Program-made: the position numbers and the translations under genes
Assembly: GCA_944386165.1 (NCBI GenBank)
Contig: CALXAA010000005.1
Coordinates: 3,328 to 67,327, forward strand
Reading direction: 5' to 3'
Source of the DNA: an uncultured Clostridia bacterium
GTDB lineage: Bacteria > Bacillota > Clostridia > TANB77 > CAG-508
Length of the DNA stretch: 64,000 nucleotides
Part shown: one piece after another, positions 10,915 to 19,737 of the stretch
Layout: each line of letters begins with the position of its first letter
Numbering within the stretch: position 1 is the first letter of the stretch
Notes under the pieces: generated by a model
What the model was told of the DNA's origin: nothing
The model's database searches: none
What the model saw: the letters and a program-made list of their open reading frames with translations, nothing else

Positions 10915-10975
10915 TTAAATTTTAAATAGGGGGTAGAATTTTATTCTATCTCCTCAATTTTATAAGGAGTAAAAT

Positions 10976-11872
10976 ATGTTTGAAGATATTAAGAAAAATA
11001 AAATAAAATCCATTTTTATAGTATTTCTATTTTTAGCCTTTATTTCTGTAATTGTTTATTATATTTGTATGGCTTTAAATTTAGGAGAAATGTCAATAAT
11101 AATAGCACTAATTTTTGCTTTTTTTTCTACATGGGGATCTTATTATTATAGTGATAAAATAGTTTTAAGTTTAAATAAGGCAAGACCGGCAACAAAAGAA
11201 GAAGACCTAAAGTTAGTAAATATATTAGATTCTTTAGTTGTTGCATCAGGTTTGCCAGCAAAGCCTAGATTATATGTTGTTGAAGATAAACAACCTAATG
11301 CTTTTGCTACCGGTAGAAATCCTCAAAATGCAGTTATTTGTGTAACAACTGGGCTTTTAGATAAATTAGAATATTATGAATTAGAAGGTGTTCTTGCACA
11401 TGAAATGGCACATATAAAAAATTATGATATTCTATTTTCTGCTGTTGTTTCTGTTATGTTAGGTTTTGTTGTTATGCTTTCTGATTTGTTTACAAGAATT
11501 GCTTTTTGGGGTGGTTTTAGAGATAATAGTGATGATAATGATAATAGCAAAGGAAATGCAATTTTAATGTTAATTGGTTTAATCTTTTTGATTTTAGCAC
11601 CTATTTTTGGTCAATTAATGAAACTTGCTTTTTCAAGAAAAAGAGAATTTTTAGCAGATGCAACAGCTGTTGAATTTACTAGAAATCCTGAAGGTTTAAT
11701 TTCTGCTCTTGAAAAAATTTCTGCTGACCCAAATGAGTTAAAAGTTGCTAATAAAGCTACAGAGAATATGTATATAGCAAATCCATTTAGAAAAAAGAAA
11801 AATACATCTAGTATTTGGTCTACTCACCCAAGTACTGAGGATAGAATTGAAGCTTTAAGAAACTTGAAATAA
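10976..11872 (+). CDS. htpX: zinc metalloprotease HtpX (M48 family)
   Basis: HEMAH zinc motif, four TM segments, NAFATG motif and the C-terminal STHPSTEDRI signature. Confidence 0.9.
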   Translation: MFEDIKKNKIKSIFIVFLFLAFISVIVYYICMALNLGEMSIIIALIFAFFSTWGSYYYSDKIVLSLNKARPATKEEDLKLVNILDSLVVASGLPAKPRLYVVEDKQPNAFATGRNPQNAVICVTTGLLDKLEYYELEGVLAHEMAHIKNYDILFSAVVSVMLGFVVMLSDLFTRIAFWGGFRDNSDDNDNSKGNAILMLIGLIFLILAPIFGQLMKLAFSRKREFLADATAVEFTRNPEGLISALEKISADPNELKVANKATENMYIANPFRKKKNTSSIWSTHPSTEDRIEALRNLK

Positions 11873-11891
11873 CCTTTATTTAACATAATTA

Positions 11892-11920
11892 TTGACAATT
11901 AACTTGAAAAGTAGTATAAT
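11892..11920 (+). promoter_or_regulatory. perfect consensus sigma-A promoter (TTGACA-17 nt-TATAAT)
   Basis: TTGACA at 11892-11897, a 17-nt spacer, TATAAT at 11915-11920. Located 62 nt upstream of the ATG at 11982. Confidence 0.65.
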
Positions 11921-11981
11921 TTACCCAATTGCTAATCTGCAATTATACACCAACCAATATGTTGAAGCAAAGGAGTATGTT

Positions 11982-12539
11982 ATGATTAAAATCGACAATT
12001 GGGCATTTATTCGGACTGAAATCTATCATGCCAAAGAGGAAAAGTGCTACAAGGCAAGAGTTTGTTCTTTGGCAAAAGATTTCAACTATAAGTTGAATCG
12101 TGTTACAGGTATCATAAACTCTGGTAGCATAAATGAAGAATTGTTTACCTCTAGTAATGGTATTGATGTTTATCTCGATGACCGTGTTACCACACTTACG
12201 GGTGAGATTTTCTATCTGGGCACAATCAATCCATATTATTCAGCATTTAAAAATGCTGTTGATATGGAGTTGCCTATAATGAGTGAAGTATCTCTCACTC
12301 GTGGTCTTGATGGTAACTACCAGCTGAAAGGACTTTTGTCTAACAATCAAACTGAATTGAAAAAAATTGTTGGTCAAGATGTCGAAAAAAATCTGCTTTA
12401 CTTTGCTGATAAATCTTATGCTTTTGTCGACTGGGTAAATGCCCAGTTTGATGACAAAGTCAAACTTGATTTAATCAGAAAGAGACTTGACTTCAAGGAA
12501 TATGTTGGGCTTAACATTATGCCCATCTTCAAGTTCTAA
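11982..12539 (+). CDS. orphan cytoplasmic protein (185 aa), compositionally foreign
   Basis: ATG at 11982 sits 6 nt after AGGAG. The longer TTG-start version in the ORF track would begin inside the -35 box. G/C content and codon choice (CTG, GGC, ACC, CTC) are visibly richer than in the flanking genes. Confidence 0.6.
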   Translation: MIKIDNWAFIRTEIYHAKEEKCYKARVCSLAKDFNYKLNRVTGIINSGSINEELFTSSNGIDVYLDDRVTTLTGEIFYLGTINPYYSAFKNAVDMELPIMSEVSLTRGLDGNYQLKGLLSNNQTELKKIVGQDVEKNLLYFADKSYAFVDWVNAQFDDKVKLDLIRKRLDFKEYVGLNIMPIFKF

Positions 12540-12549
12540 TCATATTGGA

Positions 12550-12590
12550 AGAGGGTGTCCTAATATGGGACACCCTCTGTTTTTTATTTT
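12550..12590 (+). terminator. GC-rich rho-independent terminator
   Basis: 11-bp perfect stem AGAGGGTGTCC / GGACACCCTCT with a 7-nt loop, followed by GTTTTTTATTTTTTT. Confidence 0.75.
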
Positions 12591-14023
12591 TTTAGTTCTT
12601 CTATAAATAATTTATTTAAAAGTTGTGGATTTGCCTTTCCTTTAGTTTCTTTCATAGCTTGTCCTACTAAAAATCCTAAAGCTCTATCTTTTCCACCTTT
12701 GTAATCTGCAACAGATTGAGGATTTGCTTCAATAATTTTTTGTACAATTTCTTTTATTGCACCTTCATCAGAAATTTGTATCCAGCCTTTTTCTTTAATA
12801 ATATCTTCTGGGTCTCTTGGATTTTCAAATAATTCTTCTAAAACTTTTTTACCTATACTTGAACTTATTGTTCCTTTATCTATTAAAGTTACTAATTTTG
12901 CAAGTTGTTTTGCGTCAAATGGAATTTCAATTGGGTCCATTTCTGTTTCATTTAATATTCTAGAAATATCTGAAATAATCCAGTTATTAACTGCTCTATA
13001 ATTGCCACATATCTCTCCTGCTTTTTCAAATAAGTCTGATAAATATTTAGATGATGTTATAATTCCAGCATCTTTTTCTGATAATTTATAATCATTTAAA
13101 TATCTTTGTTTTCTGCTTTCTGGCATCTCTGGTAATGTTTTTCTAATATTTTCTATATATTCTTCAGATAGTTTTATTGCAACTAAATCTGGTTCTGGGA
13201 AATATCTATAATCTTGTGCATCTTCTTTATCTCTCATTGAAAATGTTTTTCCAGATACTTCATCCCATCTTAAAGTTTCTTGTTCAACTGTTCCTCCATT
13301 ATCTAGTACTTCAACTTGTCTACCTATTTCATATTCTAGTGCTCTTGTAATACTTCTAAATGAGTTCATATTTTTCATTTCTGTACGTGTTCCTAGTTTT
13401 TGAGAACCAATTGGTCTTATTGATGTATTAACATCTGCTCTATATGAACCTTCTTGCATTTTACAGTCTGATACTTCTATATATTCTAGTATTGATTTTA
13501 ATTTTTTTAAGTAGGCATCTACTTCTTCTACTGAACGGAAATCTGGTTCAGATACTATTTCTATTAGTGGTACACCTGCTCTATTTAAGTCAACAAGTGC
13601 TCCCCCACTTAAATCATCATGGTCTAGTTTTCCAGCATCTTCTTCAATATGAATACGTGTTATACCTATTTTCTTTTTTCCTTTACTTGTTTCTATTTCT
13701 ATATATCCATGCTCACATAAAGGTTTGTCATATTGTGATATTTGATATGCTTTAGGTAAATCTGGATAAAAATAGTTTTTTCTATCATTTTTACTATTTC
13801 TTGATATTTCACAGTTTGTTGCAAGACCTGCTTTTACTGCATATTCTACAACTTTTTCGTTTAACTTTGGTAATGTTCCTGGCATTGCCATACATATTGG
13901 ACATACTTGTGTATTTGGCTTTGCTCCAAATTTTGTAGGACAACTACAAAATATTTTTGTTTTTGTTGAAAGTTCTGCATGAACTTCTAACCCCATTACT
14001 ACTTCATAATCTTCTCTTGCCAT
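12584..14023 (-). CDS. gatB: Asp/Glu-tRNA(Asn/Gln) amidotransferase subunit B
   Basis: Full-length GatB similarity (GLEVHAEL, CPICMAMPGTLP, RIHIEEDAGK, C-terminal YqeY-like domain). Confidence 0.95.
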   Translation of the reverse strand: MAREDYEVVMGLEVHAELSTKTKIFCSCPTKFGAKPNTQVCPICMAMPGTLPKLNEKVVEYAVKAGLATNCEISRNSKNDRKNYFYPDLPKAYQISQYDKPLCEHGYIEIETSKGKKKIGITRIHIEEDAGKLDHDDLSGGALVDLNRAGVPLIEIVSEPDFRSVEEVDAYLKKLKSILEYIEVSDCKMQEGSYRADVNTSIRPIGSQKLGTRTEMKNMNSFRSITRALEYEIGRQVEVLDNGGTVEQETLRWDEVSGKTFSMRDKEDAQDYRYFPEPDLVAIKLSEEYIENIRKTLPEMPESRKQRYLNDYKLSEKDAGIITSSKYLSDLFEKAGEICGNYRAVNNWIISDISRILNETEMDPIEIPFDAKQLAKLVTLIDKGTISSSIGKKVLEELFENPRDPEDIIKEKGWIQISDEGAIKEIVQKIIEANPQSVADYKGGKDRALGFLVGQAMKETKGKANPQLLNKLFIEELKK

Positions 14024-14059
14024 TTGTATGTAAACCTCCTTGTTTTTTGTATTATTTTT

Positions 14060-15331
14060 TTAAATATTATCTATTATTCCATAAGCAATTTTCATTGAAA
14101 GTATTCTTCTAACTGCTTTATTTATAATGTTTTCACTTATTTTATTTTCTTCTATAGCTTTTAAAATTTCTTGCTTTTGTTCTACAAAATCTGATGAAAT
14201 TAGCATATCATTTCCAGCAAGTACTGCTTGAAGTGCTACATCTCCATTTTCAGCATATGTTTTTACTGCTTCCATTGATAAATCGTCTGTTATAATTATT
14301 CCAGAAAAGTTTAAGTCTTCTCTTAAAATCTTGTGAACATTTTCTGATAATGATGCAGGATAATTTTCATCCATTGATTTTACTATATTATGACTTACTA
14401 AGATACATGGTCCTTTTGCTTCAATTCCACTTTCAAATGGTAAAAAATCAGATGTTTCAAATGTTGAATATGGTCTTTCATCAATTGCAATCCCTGTATG
14501 TGTATCTGCATTATCACCATAACCCGGAAAATGTTTCATTACAGAAATCATATTATCTTCATTCATTGTTTGTATTAATCTTGATGTATATGTAGCTGTT
14601 TTTTCTGCTCCTCTTCCATATGACCTTTTATATATAAATGAACTTGTTTTGGTTGGAACATCTACAACTGGTGCTAGATTCATATTTAATCCTATACTTT
14701 TTAATAGTTCTGATTTTTCTTTTGAATCTTCTAATATTGTAGGTAATTGTCCTTTTTTCCATAATTCTTGTGGTGATTGGAATTTTGAACTTCTAAATGC
14801 TTTATGCGAGCTTACTCTTACAACTGTTCCGCCTTCTTCATCTACTCCAAATATAAGTCCTATTTTACTTGCTTGTTGATTTTCTGTAAGTTCTTTTAAT
14901 ATGCTTTCTTTGGTTTCATTGTCAAAGTCTTTTCCAAATAATATATATCCTCCTGGAGCTTCTTCTTTTATTTGTTCTATTACTCCATTATCTGGATATC
15001 TTACTAGAAACATTTGTCCAACTTTTTCTTCTATTGTCATATCTTTCATTATTTGTTCTGCTTGCTCATAGTATTTTGCAAATAATTCATTTGAAAAATC
15101 TTCTTGATTGCTTTCTACAGAACTTGTTGTTTCGGTTTTAGTTGTTTGACTTGTTGAATTTGTTTGAGCTTTCTCATTGGAATTTTCTGTTTCTGAGGTC
15201 AATACAGTATTATAATTTGAATTATTTGATTTTTGCTTATTTACATTTTTTATGCCAAAAGCAATTGCAATTATACACAATATTAGTAAAATACTACTTA
15301 AAATCTTAGTAGATTTTGTTACTTTTTTCAT
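14060..15331 (-). CDS. membrane-anchored GH3 beta-N-acetylhexosaminidase (NagZ-like)
   Basis: N-terminal TM, Ser/Thr-rich linker, and GH3 motifs (KHFPGYGDNADTHTG, GIIITDDLSM). Confidence 0.8.
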   Translation of the reverse strand: MKKVTKSTKILSSILLILCIIAIAFGIKNVNKQKSNNSNYNTVLTSETENSNEKAQTNSTSQTTKTETTSSVESNQEDFSNELFAKYYEQAEQIMKDMTIEEKVGQMFLVRYPDNGVIEQIKEEAPGGYILFGKDFDNETKESILKELTENQQASKIGLIFGVDEEGGTVVRVSSHKAFRSSKFQSPQELWKKGQLPTILEDSKEKSELLKSIGLNMNLAPVVDVPTKTSSFIYKRSYGRGAEKTATYTSRLIQTMNEDNMISVMKHFPGYGDNADTHTGIAIDERPYSTFETSDFLPFESGIEAKGPCILVSHNIVKSMDENYPASLSENVHKILREDLNFSGIIITDDLSMEAVKTYAENGDVALQAVLAGNDMLISSDFVEQKQEILKAIEENKISENIINKAVRRILSMKIAYGIIDNI

Positions 15332-15382
15332 CTTTATGCTCCTTGTACATATTTCTAATTTTATTATTTGGTTAAATCGTCT

Positions 15383-17053
15383 TTATCTTACTTTTTCATT
15401 TTCTTCTTGGTTCTTTTGATCTCCTGTATTTAAAAAATCTCCTTTATATATTTTTATATCTGATTGTATACGACTTCTAAATTGTTGTTCTTTTGACTTT
15501 GCTTGAACTATTAAGTTATTATCTTGTTGATTCCAACTTCTAAATTGTTGTTCTTTTGACTTTGCTTGTATTCCATGCTCTTGAGTTTTGTAAAAAGCTT
15601 CTCTTTTTTGGTTTTCTTCTTTCCAAAATGCATCTTTAGTTTCTCTACATTCTTGTTGTATCATTTCAAAACTTTCAAGAATTCCTTTATATAAATCTTT
15701 ATAACGATCTTTGTCGTATTTTGCATATGAAGGACAAAAATATTTTAGACTTTCACCATCTTTCTCATATGTAAGTTCTGCTTTATTATTGTCTGAGCAA
15801 TATTCTTCCAAACAATCACAAAAACAATATCCAAAACTTGTTTTCATTATTGCATCTACTAATTCAGCATATGCCAAACATTGTGGCAATTTCATTTTCG
15901 GATCTATTTTGACACACTGTTTATACACGTATTCTAATCTAGTAAATAACATATTTCCAAAATCATCTATATTAAAGAGAAACTTATTTGCATAATTCAA
16001 TTTTTTATCAAATTTAAAGAATTTATTATATCCAAAACTCCAATAATATCCTTCAATTTTATTTGGATCTTCAAGTTTTTCCATTATCCAATATATTACA
16101 CTTTTTGAATCTGGTGTATACTTATTTTCAGTATCTCTATTTTCTTTTTCTAACCTTTGATTTTCAATATCTTTTACCATATCTATTGGTATATATTTTG
16201 CAAGCCAGTCTAAACTAATTTTTCCTAAATCTTTTGCGCTAAGTGGTAATTTAGGGTCTTTACTAAAAAACTTACTAGAAAAAGTGCTTACTATTTTTTG
16301 CATTAAATTAAATTGAGGTCTTGTTTTTTTTATTACAGATAATGCTGTATTTTGAGATAATGGCTTATTTGTTATTATAGTTTCTGTTTCAAATTTTTCT
16401 TTCTGGGCATAACTAAGTAACTTCCATGTTTCACTATTGTGTAATGCTTCTGGCCCACTCATTAAATTATATTTTACTCTTTCAATATAGCTCTTTACTT
16501 TTGGATTTTTGTTTTGTTGCATTCTATTTAGTTCTTTGTTTAAATACATCATTAATCCTATTTCATCTTCTTTAGAAATATCTATGCTATCAGGATAAAA
16601 TTCATTAACTTCTCTCATTACTAATTTTGCTTTTAATTCATATATTTTATCTTCAATTTCATCTCTATCTCCAAAGTCATAGTCTCCTAGATTATCTTTA
16701 TAGGATTCTAATAATTTTGATACTTCTTGATGAAAATCATCTAAACTTAAGTTTTCAGACATAGCATTAAGTTCTTCTATTTGCATAATTATTGTTTTAC
16801 TTTTGTCTTCAAAACTTTTTTCTTTGCCTTGTCCATTTTCATATTCTGTAATTCTAAATTCTAATTCTGTAATTTTATCCATTAATTCATTATCTGGTGT
16901 ATTTTCAATTAATTCATTATATTCTTGTAAAAATGTTATCGCTGCTTTTGTATCATATAATAAAATTTGTGATATTCTTAATTTTAATGGTTTTAGTTGT
17001 TCATTATATATTTTGTTTTTTTGTCCTGGTGTAAATTTAAAATCATCACCCAT
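15383..17053 (-). CDS. hypothetical protein (556 aa, helical N-terminus, Cys-rich C-terminal region)
   Basis: Intact ORF 21 nt downstream of gatA. Cys cluster FGYCFCDCLEEYC..YFCPSY. Internal duplicated QAKSKEQQFRS unit. Confidence 0.6.
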   Translation of the reverse strand: MGDDFKFTPGQKNKIYNEQLKPLKLRISQILLYDTKAAITFLQEYNELIENTPDNELMDKITELEFRITEYENGQGKEKSFEDKSKTIIMQIEELNAMSENLSLDDFHQEVSKLLESYKDNLGDYDFGDRDEIEDKIYELKAKLVMREVNEFYPDSIDISKEDEIGLMMYLNKELNRMQQNKNPKVKSYIERVKYNLMSGPEALHNSETWKLLSYAQKEKFETETIITNKPLSQNTALSVIKKTRPQFNLMQKIVSTFSSKFFSKDPKLPLSAKDLGKISLDWLAKYIPIDMVKDIENQRLEKENRDTENKYTPDSKSVIYWIMEKLEDPNKIEGYYWSFGYNKFFKFDKKLNYANKFLFNIDDFGNMLFTRLEYVYKQCVKIDPKMKLPQCLAYAELVDAIMKTSFGYCFCDCLEEYCSDNNKAELTYEKDGESLKYFCPSYAKYDKDRYKDLYKGILESFEMIQQECRETKDAFWKEENQKREAFYKTQEHGIQAKSKEQQFRSWNQQDNNLIVQAKSKEQQFRSRIQSDIKIYKGDFLNTGDQKNQEENEKVR

Positions 17054-17074
17054 TTTTTATTCTCCTTCTTTTGT

Positions 17075-18544
17075 TTATTTCTTAAAAGTAGGTTTGTATC
17101 TATCTCTAAATTTGGTTTCTTGCTCATATGCATATGCTGTTTTTATAATTGTTTCTTCACAGAATTTGTTTCCAATTATTTGCATTCCTATTGGCATACC
17201 TTCACTATCAATTCCACATGGTATTGATATTCCTGGTAAACCTGCAATATTTACAGAAACTGTACAAATATCTGCTAAATACATTTCCATTGGATTATTT
17301 GATTTTGAACCTAATTTGAATGCAGTTGTTGGAGATGTTGGTGTTACAATTACATCATATTTTTCAAATGCTTTATTAAATTCATTCATAACTAGAGTTC
17401 TAACTTGTTGTGCTTTTTTGTAATATGCATCATAATATCCTGATGATAATACATATGTTCCAAGTATAATTCTTCTTTTTACTTCTGCTCCAAATGCTTC
17501 ACTTCTTGATTTTTTATAAATTTCTTTTAATGTTTTTGCTTCTGGTGATCTATATGTATATCTTATTCCATCATATCTTCCTAAATTTGAGCTTGCTTCT
17601 GCACAGGCAATTATATAATAAGTTGCTAAAGCATATTGTGCTATGTCTAATGAGAATTCTTCTACTTCTGCTCCCATTTCTTTATATTTTGCAATTGCTG
17701 TTTCTAGTGATGATTTTACTTCAGAGTTTATTCCTTCTCCATAAAATTCTTTTGGAACTCCTATTTTCAAACCTTTTATATCTTTTTGTAATGATTTTGT
17801 ATAATCTTTTGGTCCTACATCAACTGATGTTGTGTCTTTTTCGTCATGTCCTGCAATTACATTTAAAAGTGTTGCACAATCTTGTACATCTTTTGTAAAT
17901 ACTCCTACTTGATCAAGTGATGATGCAAATGCTACTACTCCGTATCTTGAAACTAATCCATATGTTGGTTTTAATCCTACAACTCCACATAGTGCAGCTG
18001 GTTGACGTATACTTCCTCCAGTATCTGTTCCTAATGCCCATGGTACCATGTTTGCTGCTACTGCTGCTGCAGAACCTCCTGATGAGCCTCCTGGAACTCT
18101 ACTTAAATCCCATGGATTTCTTGTTTTCTTAAAATATGAATATTCAGTAGAACCTCCCATTGCAAATTCATCCATATTTAGTTTTCCTAAATCTATCATC
18201 TCTTCTGCATTTATTTTTTCCATTACTGTTGCATCATATGGTGCAACAAAGTTTTCTAACATTTTTGATGCACATGTTGTTTTTATTCCTTTTGTACAGA
18301 TAATGTCTTTTATTCCTATTGGTATTCCTGCTAAATCTCCTACTTTTTCTCCATTATCTATTTTGTTTTGAATTTGTTTTGCTTGCTCCATTCCTTTGTC
18401 TGTTAATTCTGTTATAAATGCTTGTACTTCTGGCTCTTTTTCTTTTATTCTATTAACATATGCTTCATTTATTTGCATAATTGTTAATTCTTTATTTTTT
18501 AATTTTTCTTGTAATTCATGTACTGTTAATTCTGTAATATCCAT
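17075..18544 (-). CDS. gatA: Asp/Glu-tRNA(Asn/Gln) amidotransferase subunit A
   Basis: Amidase signature [12 protein letters not shown] and full-length GatA similarity. Confidence 0.95.
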   Translation of the reverse strand: MDITELTVHELQEKLKNKELTIMQINEAYVNRIKEKEPEVQAFITELTDKGMEQAKQIQNKIDNGEKVGDLAGIPIGIKDIICTKGIKTTCASKMLENFVAPYDATVMEKINAEEMIDLGKLNMDEFAMGGSTEYSYFKKTRNPWDLSRVPGGSSGGSAAAVAANMVPWALGTDTGGSIRQPAALCGVVGLKPTYGLVSRYGVVAFASSLDQVGVFTKDVQDCATLLNVIAGHDEKDTTSVDVGPKDYTKSLQKDIKGLKIGVPKEFYGEGINSEVKSSLETAIAKYKEMGAEVEEFSLDIAQYALATYYIIACAEASSNLGRYDGIRYTYRSPEAKTLKEIYKKSRSEAFGAEVKRRIILGTYVLSSGYYDAYYKKAQQVRTLVMNEFNKAFEKYDVIVTPTSPTTAFKLGSKSNNPMEMYLADICTVSVNIAGLPGISIPCGIDSEGMPIGMQIIGNKFCEETIIKTAYAYEQETKFRDRYKPTFKK

Positions 18545-18623
18545 TTACGTTCCTCCTTGCTATTGGATAATTTAATTTTGATATTTTAAATTATTTTCTA
18601 AAACATCTGCTCAAAAAAATATA

Positions 18624-18911
18624 TTAGTCTAATACCTTTGGAATTTTAAACATATGCTTATCTTGTGCTGGTGCATTTTGTAATAATCCTTCTATATTAT
18701 CAAATGTTTTCACTTCATCTTTTCTAAATATGTTTTTGGCTTCATTTGCTCCTATTGTAATGTCTAATCCTTCAATTGGTGCATTATTTACTATATTAGC
18801 AAAATTTAAAATTTCTTGTAAGTTTAAGATATATTTGTCTATCTCTTCTTCTTTTAATTCCAATTGTGCTAAATTTGCTATATGCAATATTTCTTCTTTA
18901 CTTACTTGCAT
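18624..18911 (-). CDS. gatC: Asp/Glu-tRNA(Asn/Gln) amidotransferase subunit C
   Basis: 95-aa protein with a GatC-like sequence (VSKEEILHIANLAQLEL, FRKDEV), directly upstream of gatA. Confidence 0.9.
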   Translation of the reverse strand: MQVSKEEILHIANLAQLELKEEEIDKYILNLQEILNFANIVNNAPIEGLDITIGANEAKNIFRKDEVKTFDNIEGLLQNAPAQDKHMFKIPKVLD

Positions 18912-19003
18912 TTTATCTCCTCCTTGTTTATTTACATTATTGAGTCCTATTATATCATGTTTTTACACATTTTCATACTATTTTTTAAAAATTTTGTCAA
19001 TGA

Positions 19004-19071
19004 GTTGTCAATGGGGACGGAGATTTTGACAACTGACAAAAAAGTTGTCAAAATCTCCGTCCCCATTGACA
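19004..19071. repeat. REP-like doublet: two inverted copies of the dispersed hairpin repeat separated by 10 nt
   Basis: 19004-19033 reads GTTGTCAATGGGGACGGAGATTTTGACAAC. 19044-19071 reads GTTGTCAAAATCTCCGTCCCCATTGACA. The two are reverse complements over 28 nt. A partial TTGTCAATG stutter lies at 18994-19002. Confidence 0.9.
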
Positions 19072-19331
19072 CTAATTTTCATAATGACCACTACAAGAAA
19101 TTATAATCAAATTCTTATTTTCATCAAAATTATATACAAGGCGATGTTCTTGAGTTATTCTTCTACTCCATGCTTTCCTGTGTTTTAATGGCTCTGGTTT
19201 TCCAAGTCCTTTCTCTAGTCCATTTCTGTTGATATCTTTTATAAGTTCATTAATTTTTTTACCATTGATTTATCTTTCATTTGCCAATCTGTATACTCTT
19301 CCCAAGCTTTTTCGGAAAATATATTATTCAT
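19072..19331 (-). pseudogene. yoeB: YoeB/Txe-family type II toxin, disrupted by a 1-nt deficit in an A7 run
   Basis: The ATG at 19331 overlaps the antitoxin stop (ATGA). Frame 1 reads MNNIFSEKAWEEYTDWQMKDKSMVKK, then stops. With one extra A in the run at 19254-19260 it continues INELIKDINRNGLEKGLGKPEPLKHRKAWSRRITQEHRLVYNFDENKNLIIISCSGHYEN. This closely parallels E. coli YoeB (VKKINELIKD..GKPEPLKH..WSRRIT.EHRLVY). Confidence 0.85.
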
Positions 19332-19587
19332 TTTCCATCTCCTCTAATTCTTCAATGGTTTTAGTTACAGTTTTTCCTTTTTCTATTTGTTCAATGGATT
19401 TATCTATCTTATTTAAATACTCAGAATTTCTTAATGCTCTCATTAATTCATTATAATGTTCTAAGCTCATTAATACAACATTTTTTTCATCTTTTCTTGT
19501 AACAATTACTGTTTCATTATTGTCTGTGGCTTTATCACAATAGTCTTTTAATTTACTTCTAATAGTTGAATAATTAACTGCTAACAT
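19324..19587 (-). CDS. yefM: Phd/YefM-family type II antitoxin
   Basis: MLAVNYSTIRSKLKDYCDKATDNNETVIVTRKDEKNVVLMSLEHYNELM is a typical Phd/YefM N-terminal domain. AGGAG SD 8 nt upstream. Confidence 0.85.
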   Translation of the reverse strand: MLAVNYSTIRSKLKDYCDKATDNNETVIVTRKDEKNVVLMSLEHYNELMRALRNSEYLNKIDKSIEQIEKGKTVTKTIEELEEMENE

Positions 19588-19608
19588 ATAAATCACTCCT
19601 TTCTTAAT

Positions 19609-19659
19609 TGTACAACTTATTGTACTTAATATTGTACCATATTATTATATGCAAGTCAA
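19609..19659 (-). promoter_or_regulatory. yefM-yoeB promoter with phased TGTAC(A/T/C) operator hexamers
   Basis: Minus strand TTGACT(19654-19659)-17-TACAAT(19631-19636) with a TGg extended -10. Plus-strand hexamers TGTACA 19609, TGTACT 19621 and TGTACC 19633 lie exactly 12 bp apart and overlap the -10. Confidence 0.6.
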
Positions 19660-19693
19660 TGATTTTTATACACAATTTTTTATTCAAATTTCA

Positions 19694-19731
19694 TGTCAAT
19701 GGGGTGTCAAAATCTCCGTCCCCATTGACAA
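19694..19731. repeat. REP-like repeat copy with an abutting partial inverted arm
   Basis: TGTCAATGGGG (19694-19704) is directly followed by TGTCAAAATCTCCGTCCCCATTGACAA (19705-19731). An alternative 11-bp stem TGTCAATGGGG/CCCCATTGACA is possible. Confidence 0.9.
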
Positions 19732-19737
19732 TCGCCA

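Noticed and set aside
11892-11981. Longer 215-aa version of the orphan ORF starting at TTG 11892
   Set aside because: That start codon is the -35 hexamer of a perfect consensus promoter. The ATG at 11982 has a properly spaced AGGAG SD.
17494-17898. Numerous plus-strand Leu/Phe/Ile-rich ORFs inside minus-strand genes (for example 17494-17898, 23109-23507, 27428-27940, 42499-42894, 61013-61426)
   Set aside because: They are shadow ORFs on the antisense strand of well-supported genes. They are low-complexity L/F/I-rich translations typical of AT-rich DNA, with no SD sequences.
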